From positions 201,631 through 265,630 of the forward strand of contig DOZJ01000006.1 in assembly GCA_003518055.1 (NCBI GenBank): a stretch of DNA of 64,000 nucleotides. Reading direction: 5' to 3'. Below the pieces are notes generated by a model, which did not search any database, had not been told where the DNA came from, and was given only the letters and a program-made list of their open reading frames with translations. The translations under genes were made by a program, and so were the position numbers. This DNA is from Candidatus Falkowbacteria bacterium. GTDB lineage: Bacteria > Patescibacteriota > Patescibacteriia > UBA11705. Shown here one piece after another: positions 37,725 to 48,176 of the stretch. Every line of letters starts with the position of its first letter. Position 1 is the stretch's first letter.

Positions 37725-38909
37725 ATGAAATTACGTTCAATCAAAGAAATAAGAAGCTTGGCGGGGAAAACGGTTTTGGTCCGGGTTGATTTTAATGTTG
37801 ACATAAAAAATGGCCGAGTGTCAGAGAAATTTCGGTTAAAACAAGCGGTGGAAACCGTCAAATATTTATTAAAACACGATTGCCGGGTGATTGTCATGGC
37901 TCATTTGGGGCGTCCCGGAGGAAAGTTGAACCATGATTATAGTTTGGCGCCGTTGGTAAAAGAATGGCGGCAGCTGATCTCTCCGTTTGGGGTGAAGTTT
38001 TATCCCGGGAAAATCGATGCCGGTTTGGTTGGGCGGGTTAGTGCTGATAAGTCACGATTGATAATGTTGGATAATTTGCGGTTTAATGCCGGTGAAGAAA
38101 AAAATGATCGGAAGTTTGCTGAAATGTTGGCGTCGATGGTGGATTTTTATGTTAATGAGGCATTTTCGGTTAGTCATCGAGAGGCGGCGTCGGTCGTGGC
38201 TATTACCAAATTATTGCCCAGTTACGCTGGATTAAATCTGATGGATGAAGTTAATTTTTTAAGCCGGGCCGCTGATCCAAAGAAGCCGGCAATGGCTTTG
38301 ATCGGTGGAATTAAGATCGGGTCTAAATTTGGCGTGATTGATACATTTGTGAAAAAGTACGATGTGGTGGCGGTCGGCGGCGGGATTGCCAATACGTTTT
38401 TTTACGCTCAAGGTTGTTCCGTCGGCAAGTCAGTGGTTGATAAAAAATGTTTGGGGAAAATTAAAAAATTAAGCAAGAAAAAAATATTGCTGCCGCTGGA
38501 TGTGATTGTAACCGACGTCAAGACAAAAACCAAAAAAAGATATCATAAGTTGAGCTGGGGAAAAGATATTTGCGAGCCGGACGAAATGATCGCTGATGTA
38601 GGTCCGGAAACCATCCAAATGATTACAAAGATTTTAGCCGGAAAAAAGAGCATTGTTTGGAGCGGAGTTTTTGGCGATACATCAATTCCGGAATTCAAAA
38701 AAGGGTCTAAACAAATTATGACTGCCGTGGCCGATCAGGTGAAAAAAAAGAATGTGGTCGGGGTAATCGGCGGTGGTTCGATGATTGATTTGGTGTTCGA
38801 AATGAAAAAAAATACCAGTTTGGATTTTATTTCCACCGGCGGCGGGGCGATGCTGGAATTTTTGGAGCAAAAAACTTTGGTCGGGTTAAAATCGTTGATA
38901 AAAAAATAA
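37725..38909 (+). CDS. pgk: phosphoglycerate kinase
   Basis: VRVDFNV, AHLGRP, NLRF..GEE, GGGIANTF, ISTGGGAMLEFLE. Confidence 0.95.
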   Translation: MKLRSIKEIRSLAGKTVLVRVDFNVDIKNGRVSEKFRLKQAVETVKYLLKHDCRVIVMAHLGRPGGKLNHDYSLAPLVKEWRQLISPFGVKFYPGKIDAGLVGRVSADKSRLIMLDNLRFNAGEEKNDRKFAEMLASMVDFYVNEAFSVSHREAASVVAITKLLPSYAGLNLMDEVNFLSRAADPKKPAMALIGGIKIGSKFGVIDTFVKKYDVVAVGGGIANTFFYAQGCSVGKSVVDKKCLGKIKKLSKKKILLPLDVIVTDVKTKTKKRYHKLSWGKDICEPDEMIADVGPETIQMITKILAGKKSIVWSGVFGDTSIPEFKKGSKQIMTAVADQVKKKNVVGVIGGGSMIDLVFEMKKNTSLDFISTGGGAMLEFLEQKTLVGLKSLIKK

Positions 38910-38928
38910 ACAAATATAAAAATTAATG

Positions 38929-39007
38929 GCGGGTGCGGTTGATTGACGCGGATAGCGATGCAGGCTTCGGCCCTTTGTCGTTCATCTCGTTAATCGGCTA
39001 AACCCGT
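38929..39007 (+). ncRNA. candidate structured RNA hairpin with cUUCGg loop
   Basis: About 80-nt irregular stem with many G:U pairs that form only on the + strand. Confidence 0.45.
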
Positions 39008-39015
39008 GAAATAGT

Positions 39016-39801
39016 ATGGAAAACAAATCTATGAGCGGGCAATGTTGCGGCTCAGCTCATTTGTGGAAAATGGTGTTGATGACCGTGGGCGTGGTGTTTT
39101 TGTCGCTGTTTTTGATCTTTTTAACTCGTAATGCTTGGAAACAGTATGATTATATCGGCCGGTCAGCTGAGGTCAGAGATACTATTAGTATGACTGGTGA
39201 AGGTAAAGTTGTAGTCGTTCCTGATATTGCCAAGGTCTCGCTTGGGCTTGAAACCAAGAATTTTGATGTAGCCAAAGCGCAAAAAGAAAATTCCGATCGA
39301 ATGAATCAAGTGATCGGAGATTTGAAGGCGCTCGATGTGGCAAAGGAAGATATCAAGACCACGAATTACAATATTTATCCGAATTATGATTGGACATCCG
39401 GCAGTCAAACTTTGCTGAATTACAGCGTGACTCAGACGGTGGAAATAAAAATTCGCGATTTGAACAAAGTTAGTCAGGTTTTGGCTTTGGCCGGAAAATA
39501 TAACTTGAACCAGGTCGGCGGGCTGCAATTCTCGGTTGACAATATTGAAGCGGTGAGAGAAGAAGCGCGGATTAAAGCGTTTGATCAAGCTAAGTCAAAA
39601 GCCAAGGTGTTGGCTGAGGCCGCGGGAGTTAAACTCGGTAATGTCGTGTCTTTTTATGAAAATAACGGCGGATCATATTATTACAGTGATGATGTTTATG
39701 GTTTGGGTGGATCTCCGGAGGCTTCATATAAAGAGCCAACCATTGAAACCGGTAGTCAGGATGTAATTGTTAATGTGACAATCGATTACGAAATTTTGTA
39801 G
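39016..39801 (+). CDS. SIMPL/DUF541 domain protein
   Basis: ISMTGEGKV...PDIA, DIKTTNYNIYP.Y, A..KA..LA...GVKLG. Confidence 0.9.
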   Translation: MENKSMSGQCCGSAHLWKMVLMTVGVVFLSLFLIFLTRNAWKQYDYIGRSAEVRDTISMTGEGKVVVVPDIAKVSLGLETKNFDVAKAQKENSDRMNQVIGDLKALDVAKEDIKTTNYNIYPNYDWTSGSQTLLNYSVTQTVEIKIRDLNKVSQVLALAGKYNLNQVGGLQFSVDNIEAVREEARIKAFDQAKSKAKVLAEAAGVKLGNVVSFYENNGGSYYYSDDVYGLGGSPEASYKEPTIETGSQDVIVNVTIDYEIL

Positions 39802-39892
39802 CGAAAAATTTTGTTAAAATCGGGCAAGTCGGCGTGATGTTGGCTTGCCTTCATTTTTACGAAATTGATTTTAAGTATGTTGCTGGTAAATT

Positions 39893-40654
39893 ATGGTAGA
39901 AGAAATTAAAACAAGAACAGAAGTGAATGATAAGCCATGGATGTATTTTGCTGATTCAAAAGTTAGAGAGCAATTCAAAAAAAGAATTGAGCAGTTAATA
40001 CTTGAAGTGTCAGATCGACAGCCTCGAGCGTTAATCTTCATTGATCGGGCGGCGAGACCATTGGCTTGGGCTCTAAAAGCGGCGTGGGAGAAACAGTCTC
40101 AGGGATCATTGCCGCCAATAAAGTTTTTTAATTTGGCCGCGGTGAAAGAAAAAATCTTTCCTTTGATTAAGAAAGATTCCAATATGGCTTTGCGCGAGGG
40201 CGGTGAATATACGACGCAGAGAGCTCCGTGGTCGGAGCTGCAGATTGATACAGAAAAAGCGAAAGCAGTGTGGCGGACGGTGGGATCGGACAAGGAACTG
40301 TTGGCGATGATGCCAGATTTGTATAGTTCAAGTGGACCGGTATTGGTGATTGATGATTACCGCGGTCAAGGATCAACAATGAAAGTGGCGAGGAGTTTTT
40401 TGGAGTTTCAGTTTCCTGAAATTGATTTCGAAGAGTATACGGTTTTCTCGGAAATGGACGCGGTTAATTTCCGACCGCCAAAAGGATTGAGCTGGATTGG
40501 CCCGTGGCTGCCATGGAATAGTGATAAGGATTTGACTGGGGTTGAGTCTCGGGAAAATGACAAAGAAGTAATTTCAAAGAGACAGGATTCGCCCGAAGCA
40601 AGACAGAAAATGAAACGACTGAGAGAAGAAATAAATAGACTTTTTGCTGATTAA
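39893..40654 (+). CDS. hypothetical protein with phosphoribosyltransferase-like motif
   Basis: LIFIDRAARP and VLVIDDYRGQGST. Confidence 0.55.
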   Translation: MVEEIKTRTEVNDKPWMYFADSKVREQFKKRIEQLILEVSDRQPRALIFIDRAARPLAWALKAAWEKQSQGSLPPIKFFNLAAVKEKIFPLIKKDSNMALREGGEYTTQRAPWSELQIDTEKAKAVWRTVGSDKELLAMMPDLYSSSGPVLVIDDYRGQGSTMKVARSFLEFQFPEIDFEEYTVFSEMDAVNFRPPKGLSWIGPWLPWNSDKDLTGVESRENDKEVISKRQDSPEARQKMKRLREEINRLFAD

Positions 40655-40675
40655 AAAAACATCCAGTTTTGGATG

Positions 40676-41305
40676 TTATGAAGCGCAAAGAGTGAGTTTG
40701 TCGGCAATAAATACCAGATGGACCTTGGCAGTTAAAGGAATTGGTGCGGTTATGCAGTGCTGTTTGAGATTAGCGGCAAAAACACTGAATTCCGCGATGA
40801 AAGTTTCGGGTTTGGTTAGATTGAATTCCCTTGTTCCTGCAGAGACCAAAGAAGTTTGCCAGGCTTCGGCGAGGTCACTCGGAATATCACATTCAGGCAT
40901 AGCGTAGTTGTTCAAGGTAAAAGAAGTATTACGTCGTCTATGGAGCAGAAGAAGAAATTCCCGCCATTGACTAACAATGTTTTCGGTACAAGTAAGCACA
41001 TTCTCATTGAGGATTTCAGCGTCAACCGGGTCGGAGCTGTCAAACGGTTTTTCCATGATATCGATTAATTCTTCTGCTTGAACCCTTGCTCGGGTATTCA
41101 TTTCAGAGCATTCCCTTCGCATTTGCGCAATTTCATCAGAGCTTGGGGTAGCGGCTTGGGCCTCTGCAAGAAAAGCTTTTTTCATGTGTTCTTCAGGGAA
41201 AAGACCGATAAGAATATGAATCGCTTGACTACGAGCTTGAGTGGCTAATCGGACTTGAGCCATGTTATGAACCGGAAGGTCTGGAATCGGGCTTTTGGGC
41301 TCCAT
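40676..41305 (-). CDS. hypothetical protein, paralog of 41412..41990
   Basis: AGGAGG SD; shared C-terminal LN..A...IP....W and FA.NL..H. Confidence 0.7.
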   Translation of the reverse strand: MEPKSPIPDLPVHNMAQVRLATQARSQAIHILIGLFPEEHMKKAFLAEAQAATPSSDEIAQMRRECSEMNTRARVQAEELIDIMEKPFDSSDPVDAEILNENVLTCTENIVSQWREFLLLLHRRRNTSFTLNNYAMPECDIPSDLAEAWQTSLVSAGTREFNLTKPETFIAEFSVFAANLKQHCITAPIPLTAKVHLVFIADKLTLCAS

Positions 41306-41411
41306 GTGTCCTCCTGTTGGTGTTAAAGTATCAACTTATAATTATAGTAAAAATAAATCATTTTGTCAAGTATTATGAAGATTAAAAAAACATCCAAATG
41401 ATTTTGGATGT

Positions 41412-41990
41412 CTATTTCCGGGCAGTCACGGTGAGTTCTTCGTTGACTAGCTTTAGATGAAATCTATCGGTTAAGCAAAGTGGTTCGTTCGTGGTCTGAA
41501 GATGTGTTCTGAGATTGGTGGCGAAAGTCTGGAAAAATGGTACTTCCATACCGGGCTGATAGGTCGTAACTGTGTTGAAGATTACAGCAATAGTTATTTC
41601 CCATGTGTCTTGGACATTGGTGGGAATTGGAGCCATTGACAAGGCATGGTCATTCAATTTCATTTCATTTGTATGGGGTGTCTGTATAGTAGTCAAAATA
41701 ATAAAGTTCAACCAGTTGTTAGTGAACATTTCGAGAAGCCATTGTTCAATGTTTTGAGATGGCGTTTGCGCTTGTTTCGACTGTGACGTTTCATTTGATT
41801 GAGTGGCGGGCTGCGTAGCCGAATCGGCAACCGAAGATGTGTGATTTAATTCGGCTAGAAGCCACTCTTGAGCAAGCGGTTTGAGTGTTGCGACTGTTTC
41901 GATATTTTCTTTCCCAACAATTTTTCGTAGAAAATCGGTGATCATGGTAATCGGAAAGAGTGATTTCAGTGTTGCGTCACAATGGAGCAT
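41412..41990 (-). CDS. hypothetical protein, paralog of 40676..41305
   Basis: GGAGG SD; terminator similar to that of its neighbour. Confidence 0.7.
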   Translation of the reverse strand: MLHCDATLKSLFPITMITDFLRKIVGKENIETVATLKPLAQEWLLAELNHTSSVADSATQPATQSNETSQSKQAQTPSQNIEQWLLEMFTNNWLNFIILTTIQTPHTNEMKLNDHALSMAPIPTNVQDTWEITIAVIFNTVTTYQPGMEVPFFQTFATNLRTHLQTTNEPLCLTDRFHLKLVNEELTVTARK

Positions 41991-42062
41991 GTTCCCTCCG
42001 TTTGTTGTGGAAAAATAAATGAAAATTGATTATAACAAATATAACATTTTTTGTCAATCAGT

Positions 42063-43319
42063 ATGAAAATCAAAAAAATTACAGCTCGTGAAATCCTCGA
42101 CTCCCGCGGCAATCCGACCGTGGAAGCTTTAGTTGAGCTTGAAAATGGCATCAAAGCCAAAGCATCGGTGCCGAGTGGCGCGTCAACAGGAGAACACGAA
42201 TCGTTAGAGTTAAGAGATGGGGATAAAAAAAGGTATTTGGGCCGTGGCGTGCTTAAAGCGATAAAAAATGTGAATCAGAAAATCGCGCCGAAATTGAAAG
42301 GCATGGATGTAACGAAGCAAACGGATTTGGATCAAATGATGCTTGAGCTTGACGGCACAGAAAATAAATCAAAACTTGGGGCGAATGCGATTTTGGCGGT
42401 TTCAATGGCCGTGGCCCGAGTCGGAGCTCTAGCTACGAATAAACCGTTATATAAATATATTCGTGAAACTTTCGGTTTTAAGGAGAAGGGTTGGAGGCTG
42501 CCGATTCCAACTATGAACATTATCAATGGAGGCAAGCACGCGGATAATTCTTTGACCGTGCAGGAATTTATGGTGGTGCCATTGGCGTCAAAGTTTGCCA
42601 CCCGTGTTCGAATCGGGTCGGAAGTGTTTCATCATTTGAAAAAATTGTTAAAGGAAGCAGGGTATCAGACTTTGGTCGGAGATGAAGGCGGTTTCGCGCC
42701 GAATTTGAAAAGAAATGAGGACGCTCTGGAGTTTATTGTCAAGGCGATAAAAAAAGCCGGATATACTCCGGGCAAAGACGCGGTTTTGGCGGTGGATTTG
42801 GCGTTGTCGGAGTATTACAGCGGCGGCAAGTACGCGATGAATGATAAAACAGGAAAAATAAAAATTTCCGCCGACCAGGTGATCAAAACTTTGGACAAGT
42901 GGGTGGCTAAATATCCGATCGTGTCACTCGAAGATCCTTTGGCTGAGGATGATTGGGAAAATTGGGCCAAGATGACGGATTTTCTTGGCCATAAAGTATT
43001 GTTCGTCGGCGATGATTTGTTTGTGACAAACGCCGAGCGGTTGCAACAGGGAATCGATACCGGTGTGGCCAATGCGATTTTGATTAAACTTAATCAGATA
43101 GGAACATTGTCGGAAACAATGGAAACTATTTATCTGGCGAAAAAGAATGGCTATAAAATCAGCGTTTCTCATCGTTCCGGTGAGACAGCCGATACATTTA
43201 TCGCTGATTTGGCGGTGGCGGTCAACGCGGATTTTATCAAAACTGGGTCATTGTCGCGGTCGGAACGAGTGGAGAAATATAACCGGCTCATGGAGATTGA
43301 AGGGGAAGTAAAAGCATAA
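42063..43319 (+). CDS. eno: enolase
   Basis: [41 protein letters not shown]. Confidence 0.98.
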   Translation: MKIKKITAREILDSRGNPTVEALVELENGIKAKASVPSGASTGEHESLELRDGDKKRYLGRGVLKAIKNVNQKIAPKLKGMDVTKQTDLDQMMLELDGTENKSKLGANAILAVSMAVARVGALATNKPLYKYIRETFGFKEKGWRLPIPTMNIINGGKHADNSLTVQEFMVVPLASKFATRVRIGSEVFHHLKKLLKEAGYQTLVGDEGGFAPNLKRNEDALEFIVKAIKKAGYTPGKDAVLAVDLALSEYYSGGKYAMNDKTGKIKISADQVIKTLDKWVAKYPIVSLEDPLAEDDWENWAKMTDFLGHKVLFVGDDLFVTNAERLQQGIDTGVANAILIKLNQIGTLSETMETIYLAKKNGYKISVSHRSGETADTFIADLAVAVNADFIKTGSLSRSERVEKYNRLMEIEGEVKA

Positions 43320-43370
43320 ATAATCAATGTGGATCGAGTTCGATAAATCGACGTCGAGATAATTTAATTT

Positions 43371-43463
43371 TGTCATGCTGAGCCTGCCTGCCGGTAGGCA
43401 GGGCCCTCGAAGCATGGCAACTCAATTTTATGACCGTCACCCTTCAAGAGCCTCAGGGTGACA
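43371..43463. repeat. GTCATGCTGAG..TCGAAGCATG REP-like pair carrying 20-bp palindrome copy 4 (43383-43402)
   Basis: Read directly; partner GTCACCCTTCAAGAGCCTCAGGGTGAC at 43436-43462. Confidence 0.85.
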
Positions 43464-43470
43464 GAATGCT

Positions 43471-45045
43471 ATGCAAAAAAAACCAATAGTCTTGCTAATC
43501 CTCGACGGCTGGGGTTTGGCCCCGAAGTCAAAATTTAACGCGGTGGAGCAGGCCAAAAAGCCTAATTTCGACAAGTTGTGGAAAAAATATCCGCATACTT
43601 CGTTATCCGCGAGCGGGGATGGTGTCGGTTTGCCGGCGCGGCAGCCGGGAAATTCAGAAGCCGGTCATATGAACATCGGCGCTGGGCGTTTGGTGTTACA
43701 GGACACGATGATTATCAACCGCTCCATTGATGATAGAACTTTTTTTGGCAATACAGCGTTTTTGCACGCGTTTGATCATATAAAGGCCAACAAGTCGCGG
43801 CTGCATTTGATGGGTTTGGTCTCGGTTAACGGCAGCCCGCATAGTGATTTGAGGCATCTTTTTGCTTTGATTGAGTTGGCTAATGCGCAAAAACAACAAA
43901 AGATTTTTTTGCACCTTTTTACCGATGGCCGTGATTCGCCGCAGCATTCAATTTCTTCAATTATAAAAAAAATAAGATCACACGTACAAAAAATAAATGT
44001 TACCGGTGATATTGATGTTCAGATTGTAACTTTGATGGGTCGGTTTTACGCGATGGATCGGGGTAAAAATTGGAATCGAACCAAGGCGGCGTACGATTGT
44101 TTGGTTGAAAGTCGCTGCCGGCGTTTTCCTTCGGTTGAAGCGGCAATTGAGCACTCATATAACGCTGGTAATACGGATGAATATTTTGAGCCGTCAATTG
44201 TTGAAGATGATGATAATAAGGAACAGACACGGGTCAAAAAAAATGATGCAATTATATTTTTTAATTTGAGATCAGATCGAGCGCGGCAAATAGCGAAGGT
44301 GTTTGCGCAAAATGATTTTACCAAAAAAAACAACAAATCATTTACTCGGTCAAAGGTGGTGAAAAACGTTTTGTTTTGCGCCTTGACGGATTTTGGTCCG
44401 GATTTATCGAGTAATTTGGTCACTGCTTTTCCCGGTGATGATTTGATCGGCACGATGCCGTTTATCATGAATCGATATAAACAATTGTATATCGCTGAAA
44501 CGGAAAAATTTGCCCATGTAACATACTTTATCAACGGCGGTCATGCTGATCCGGTTTTTGCTGAGCAGCGCGTAAAGATTGATTCACCGAAAATACGCAG
44601 TTATGCGCAAAAACCGGAAATGTCAGTTTACAAAATTACCGATTATATAGTAAAAAGTATACAGAAGGGGACGGCAAATTTTATTGTGGCGAATTTTGCT
44701 AATCCTGATATGGTTGGGCATACCGGTGATTTTGAAGCCACGAAGGCGGCCATCTCGCATGTTGATAATTGTCTTGGGATGGTGGTGGCGGCGGTTCATG
44801 AACAGGAAGGAACATTGTTTGTTACCGCTGATCATGGTAACGCGGAAAAAATGATGGATGCCAATGGGGAAATTAATGTCCAGCATACGACCAACCCGGT
44901 GCCGTTCATTGTGGCTAACCATGATAAATCCATCCGGCTACGAAAAGGAATCTTGGGTGATATCGCGCCGACAATATACGATTATTTTGATATTATTAAG
45001 CCGGATTATGTGACTGGTAAGTCATTAATAACAAATCACAAATAA
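43471..45045 (+). CDS. gpmI: 2,3-BPG-independent phosphoglycerate mutase (copy 1)
   Basis: LDGWG, GNSEAGH, DGRD, GRFYAMDR, AETEKFAHVTYF, NPDMVGH, ADHGN. Confidence 0.95.
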   Translation: MQKKPIVLLILDGWGLAPKSKFNAVEQAKKPNFDKLWKKYPHTSLSASGDGVGLPARQPGNSEAGHMNIGAGRLVLQDTMIINRSIDDRTFFGNTAFLHAFDHIKANKSRLHLMGLVSVNGSPHSDLRHLFALIELANAQKQQKIFLHLFTDGRDSPQHSISSIIKKIRSHVQKINVTGDIDVQIVTLMGRFYAMDRGKNWNRTKAAYDCLVESRCRRFPSVEAAIEHSYNAGNTDEYFEPSIVEDDDNKEQTRVKKNDAIIFFNLRSDRARQIAKVFAQNDFTKKNNKSFTRSKVVKNVLFCALTDFGPDLSSNLVTAFPGDDLIGTMPFIMNRYKQLYIAETEKFAHVTYFINGGHADPVFAEQRVKIDSPKIRSYAQKPEMSVYKITDYIVKSIQKGTANFIVANFANPDMVGHTGDFEATKAAISHVDNCLGMVVAAVHEQEGTLFVTADHGNAEKMMDANGEINVQHTTNPVPFIVANHDKSIRLRKGILGDIAPTIYDYFDIIKPDYVTGKSLITNHK

Positions 45046-45090
45046 TAAATCATAAAAATTAAAATAGCTAGTTTAGAATTTATATATTAT

Positions 45091-46668
45091 ATGGCTCAAA
45101 AAAAACCGTTTGCTTTGATTGTCATGGATGGCTGGGGCGTTGCTCCGGCTTGCGATAGTAATGGCGTGACTTTGGCCAAAACGCCTAACTTTAACAATTA
45201 TATCTCGAATTTTCCCACATATACGTTATTGGCTTCAGGCGAAGCGGTGGGCTTGTCGTGGGGGGAAATCGGTAACTCGGAAGTCGGCCATTTAAATTTG
45301 GGGGTTGGGAAAATTATGTTTCAGAATTTGCCGCGAATCGATCGTGAAATCAATGACGGTAGTTTTTTTTCCAATGAAAGCTTTTTGAAGGCACTGGAAC
45401 ACGTAAAGAAAAATCGAAGCCGCTTGCACTTGATTGGTCTCATGAGTGATGGCAAGGTTCATTCAACCATAACGCATTTTTACGCTTTTTTGGATTTAGC
45501 CAAAAAAAATAAAGTGAAAGACGTATATATTCATGGGTTTTTGGATGGACGAGATACTCTGTACAACGGCGGCAAGGGTTATGTTCAAGAAATGCTAAAT
45601 AAAATGAAAGAAATCGGGGTCGGTGAATTGGCGACTTTGAGTGGTCGTTATTATGCCATGGATCGGGATAATCATTGGGAAAGAGTTGAAAAAACATATA
45701 AAGCGATGACTGAGGGCGTTAGCGATGAGTATTTTGATGATCCGGGTGAGGCGGTTGAAGCTTCTTACGCCAAAAAAGTGTATGATGAAGAGTTTATTCC
45801 GGTGGTTATTGGTAAACAAGGAAAACCAACAGCTGTAGTTGAGGCCGGTGATGCGTGTATTTTTATTAATTATCGCTCTGATCGGGCACGGCAGCTGACC
45901 AAGGCTTTTGTGGCGGATGATTTCAACAAGTTTAATCGAACGAAGATTGATAATTTGGTTTTTGTGACCATGACCGAATATGAAAAGGGCTTGCCGGTTG
46001 ACGTGGCGATGTCAAGGGACGACGCGGAGACCTGTTTGGCGCGGGTCGCCAGCGAGTCAGGGGTAAGTCAGTATCATATCGCGGAAACGGAAAAGTACGC
46101 GCATGTTACGTTCTTTTTTAATGGAGGCAAGGAAGATGTTTTTAAAAATGAAGATCGTGATGTGATTCCATCGCCCCGCGTGGCCAGTTTTGCTGATAAG
46201 CCGGAAATGTCCGCGCTTGATGTTACTCAGAAATTATCAAAAGTAATGTTGCAGGAGAAACATGATTTTTATGTGGTTAATTATGCCAATCCGGATATGG
46301 TTGGTCATACCGGCGATATTAACGCGGTGATCAAGGCGGTTCAAACAACCGATTATTGTGTGGGACAGATTGTTGATTTGATTTTGTCCAAAGGCGGCAG
46401 CTGTATTTTGACGGCTGATCATGGCAACTGCGAGGAGCTGCGGAATTTGCAGACCGGGGAAATCAGCAAGGATCACTCAACCAATCCGGTGCCGTGCGTT
46501 GTTATCGGTGAAAAGTATCGCGGCAAAACCAACCCTGATTCTCAGGTTATTGGCGGTGATTTGAGTTTACTCCGGCCGGTGGGGTTGCTGTCCGATGTTT
46601 CGGCCACAGCGTTGAAAATGATGGATTTGGAGATTCCCAAGTACTTGAGTGGGAGACCGTTGATATAA
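45091..46668 (+). CDS. gpmI: 2,3-BPG-independent phosphoglycerate mutase (copy 2)
   Basis: MDGWG, GNSEVGH, DGRD, GRYYAMDRD, AETEKYAHVTFF, NPDMVGH, ADHGN. Confidence 0.95.
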   Translation: MAQKKPFALIVMDGWGVAPACDSNGVTLAKTPNFNNYISNFPTYTLLASGEAVGLSWGEIGNSEVGHLNLGVGKIMFQNLPRIDREINDGSFFSNESFLKALEHVKKNRSRLHLIGLMSDGKVHSTITHFYAFLDLAKKNKVKDVYIHGFLDGRDTLYNGGKGYVQEMLNKMKEIGVGELATLSGRYYAMDRDNHWERVEKTYKAMTEGVSDEYFDDPGEAVEASYAKKVYDEEFIPVVIGKQGKPTAVVEAGDACIFINYRSDRARQLTKAFVADDFNKFNRTKIDNLVFVTMTEYEKGLPVDVAMSRDDAETCLARVASESGVSQYHIAETEKYAHVTFFFNGGKEDVFKNEDRDVIPSPRVASFADKPEMSALDVTQKLSKVMLQEKHDFYVVNYANPDMVGHTGDINAVIKAVQTTDYCVGQIVDLILSKGGSCILTADHGNCEELRNLQTGEISKDHSTNPVPCVVIGEKYRGKTNPDSQVIGGDLSLLRPVGLLSDVSATALKMMDLEIPKYLSGRPLI

Positions 46669-46729
46669 AATTCTAAATCATAAATTATAAATTCTAAAAC
46701 ATTTAGGATTTATAATTTATTTTGTAAAT

Positions 46730-47599
46730 ATGCCTGAGCTGCCAGAGGTTGAAACCGTCCGGAGTGATTTGGAACGGTTTGTGACCGGGAAAAAAGTGAT
46801 AAAAATCACGATTAAACAAGATTTTGTTAAAAAAATTCAGCCATCAGCGGCGGAATTTGTTTCAAGTCTTGAAAATGAAAGATTGGCAGGAATATACAGG
46901 CGAGGGAAAATGCTGGTGTTTGATTTTGGGCCAAATAAAAAGGTGCTGGCCCATCTCAAAATGACCGGCCAGTTTGTATTTGTTTCGCCGCGCAACGAAT
47001 TAACCGCCGGCGGTCATCCTATTGATCAAGAAGCGGGAAAACCAATGAAGTTTAACAAAGTTCACTTTGATTTTGGGTCGGCTGGGGATTTGTTTTTTAA
47101 TGATATGCGGAAATTCGGTTATTTCAAATTGGTTGGTGATGAAGAAGCGGAAAGAGAAATGATAAGATTTGGTCTTGAACCTCACACTAGAAGTTTTACC
47201 ATAAAGAAATTTGAGGGTATTTTAGAGCGACGCCCAAGGTGGGAAATAAAAAAATTCCTGCTGGCACAGGATTTAATCGCTGGTGTGGGGAATATTTACG
47301 CGGATGAATGTTTGTTCGCGGCTGGAATCCGAGGTGATCGGCCGGTAGCGAGTTTGGCTGGAGACGAAATTGAAAAGTTGTTTGCAGCCCTGAAACGGAT
47401 TATGGCTAAGGCCATTAAATATCGCGGCACGTCGGTCAGTGATTATGTTGACGGCCGAGGCAACAAGGGAGGCTATGCTCGGTTTCTCAATGTTTATAAA
47501 CAAGCAGGGAAAATTTGTCACCGCTGCGGCCGCGGGCAGATTCAAAAAACCAAGTTGGCCGGCAGAGGAACGAGTTATTGTCCCGTGTGTCAGAAGTGA
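46730..47599 (+). CDS. mutM: formamidopyrimidine-DNA glycosylase
   Basis: MPELPEVETV, HLKMTG, GVGNIYADE, C-terminal C4 zinc finger. Confidence 0.97.
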   Translation: MPELPEVETVRSDLERFVTGKKVIKITIKQDFVKKIQPSAAEFVSSLENERLAGIYRRGKMLVFDFGPNKKVLAHLKMTGQFVFVSPRNELTAGGHPIDQEAGKPMKFNKVHFDFGSAGDLFFNDMRKFGYFKLVGDEEAEREMIRFGLEPHTRSFTIKKFEGILERRPRWEIKKFLLAQDLIAGVGNIYADECLFAAGIRGDRPVASLAGDEIEKLFAALKRIMAKAIKYRGTSVSDYVDGRGNKGGYARFLNVYKQAGKICHRCGRGQIQKTKLAGRGTSYCPVCQK

Positions 47600-47662
47600 A
47601 CTTTATAGAGTATTTTTTCAGGTTGTGGTAACTGATAACGTAAAGAACAGTTAGTTGACAGA

Positions 47663-48094
47663 TTAACCGAGAAATAAAATATATAAAGCGGTGATTAGCA
47701 AGCCGACAACCATACCGGCAAAGACTTCGAGGTAGGTGTGGCCGACTCGTTCATTAAGATATTGATATTGGTAATTTTTATCGTGTGGCAGCCGGCTGAT
47801 TTGCAAATTAATGGTCTGCGCGTGGAGACCGATTTGGCGGCGGAAGCCGACGGCGTCGCGCAGGACGATCAGAGAGAAAACGATGGCCAAAGCAAAGATA
47901 GCTGAATCCCAGCCGTCATAATAACCGGCGGCAGCGCTGAGAGATATAACCATTGCTGTGTGAGAAGATGGCATCCCGCCATAACTGTTGAATTCTTTCC
48001 ATGAAAATTGGCGCTTGGAGAGAAAAATTATTATTTTGATGATTTGGGCCACGATGGCGGCAGTAAGCGGGATGATCAAAAGGGTGTAGTTCAT
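47663..48094 (-). CDS. divergent PAP2 family protein (DUF212)
   Basis: GGMPSSH, DAVG.RR..G.HA, E.VGHT..EV..G. Confidence 0.92.
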   Translation of the reverse strand: MNYTLLIIPLTAAIVAQIIKIIIFLSKRQFSWKEFNSYGGMPSSHTAMVISLSAAAGYYDGWDSAIFALAIVFSLIVLRDAVGFRRQIGLHAQTINLQISRLPHDKNYQYQYLNERVGHTYLEVFAGMVVGLLITALYILFLG

Positions 48095-48176
48095 ATGGGA
48101 TTTTATGTATAATAGAATATATTAACTATGACGGTTGAAAGTTTGGCGTGTTGGTTTTAAATATTAATAATGTATT

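Noticed and set aside
38929-39007. SRP RNA
   Set aside because: No GNRA-capped helix 8 with the AGCAG motif
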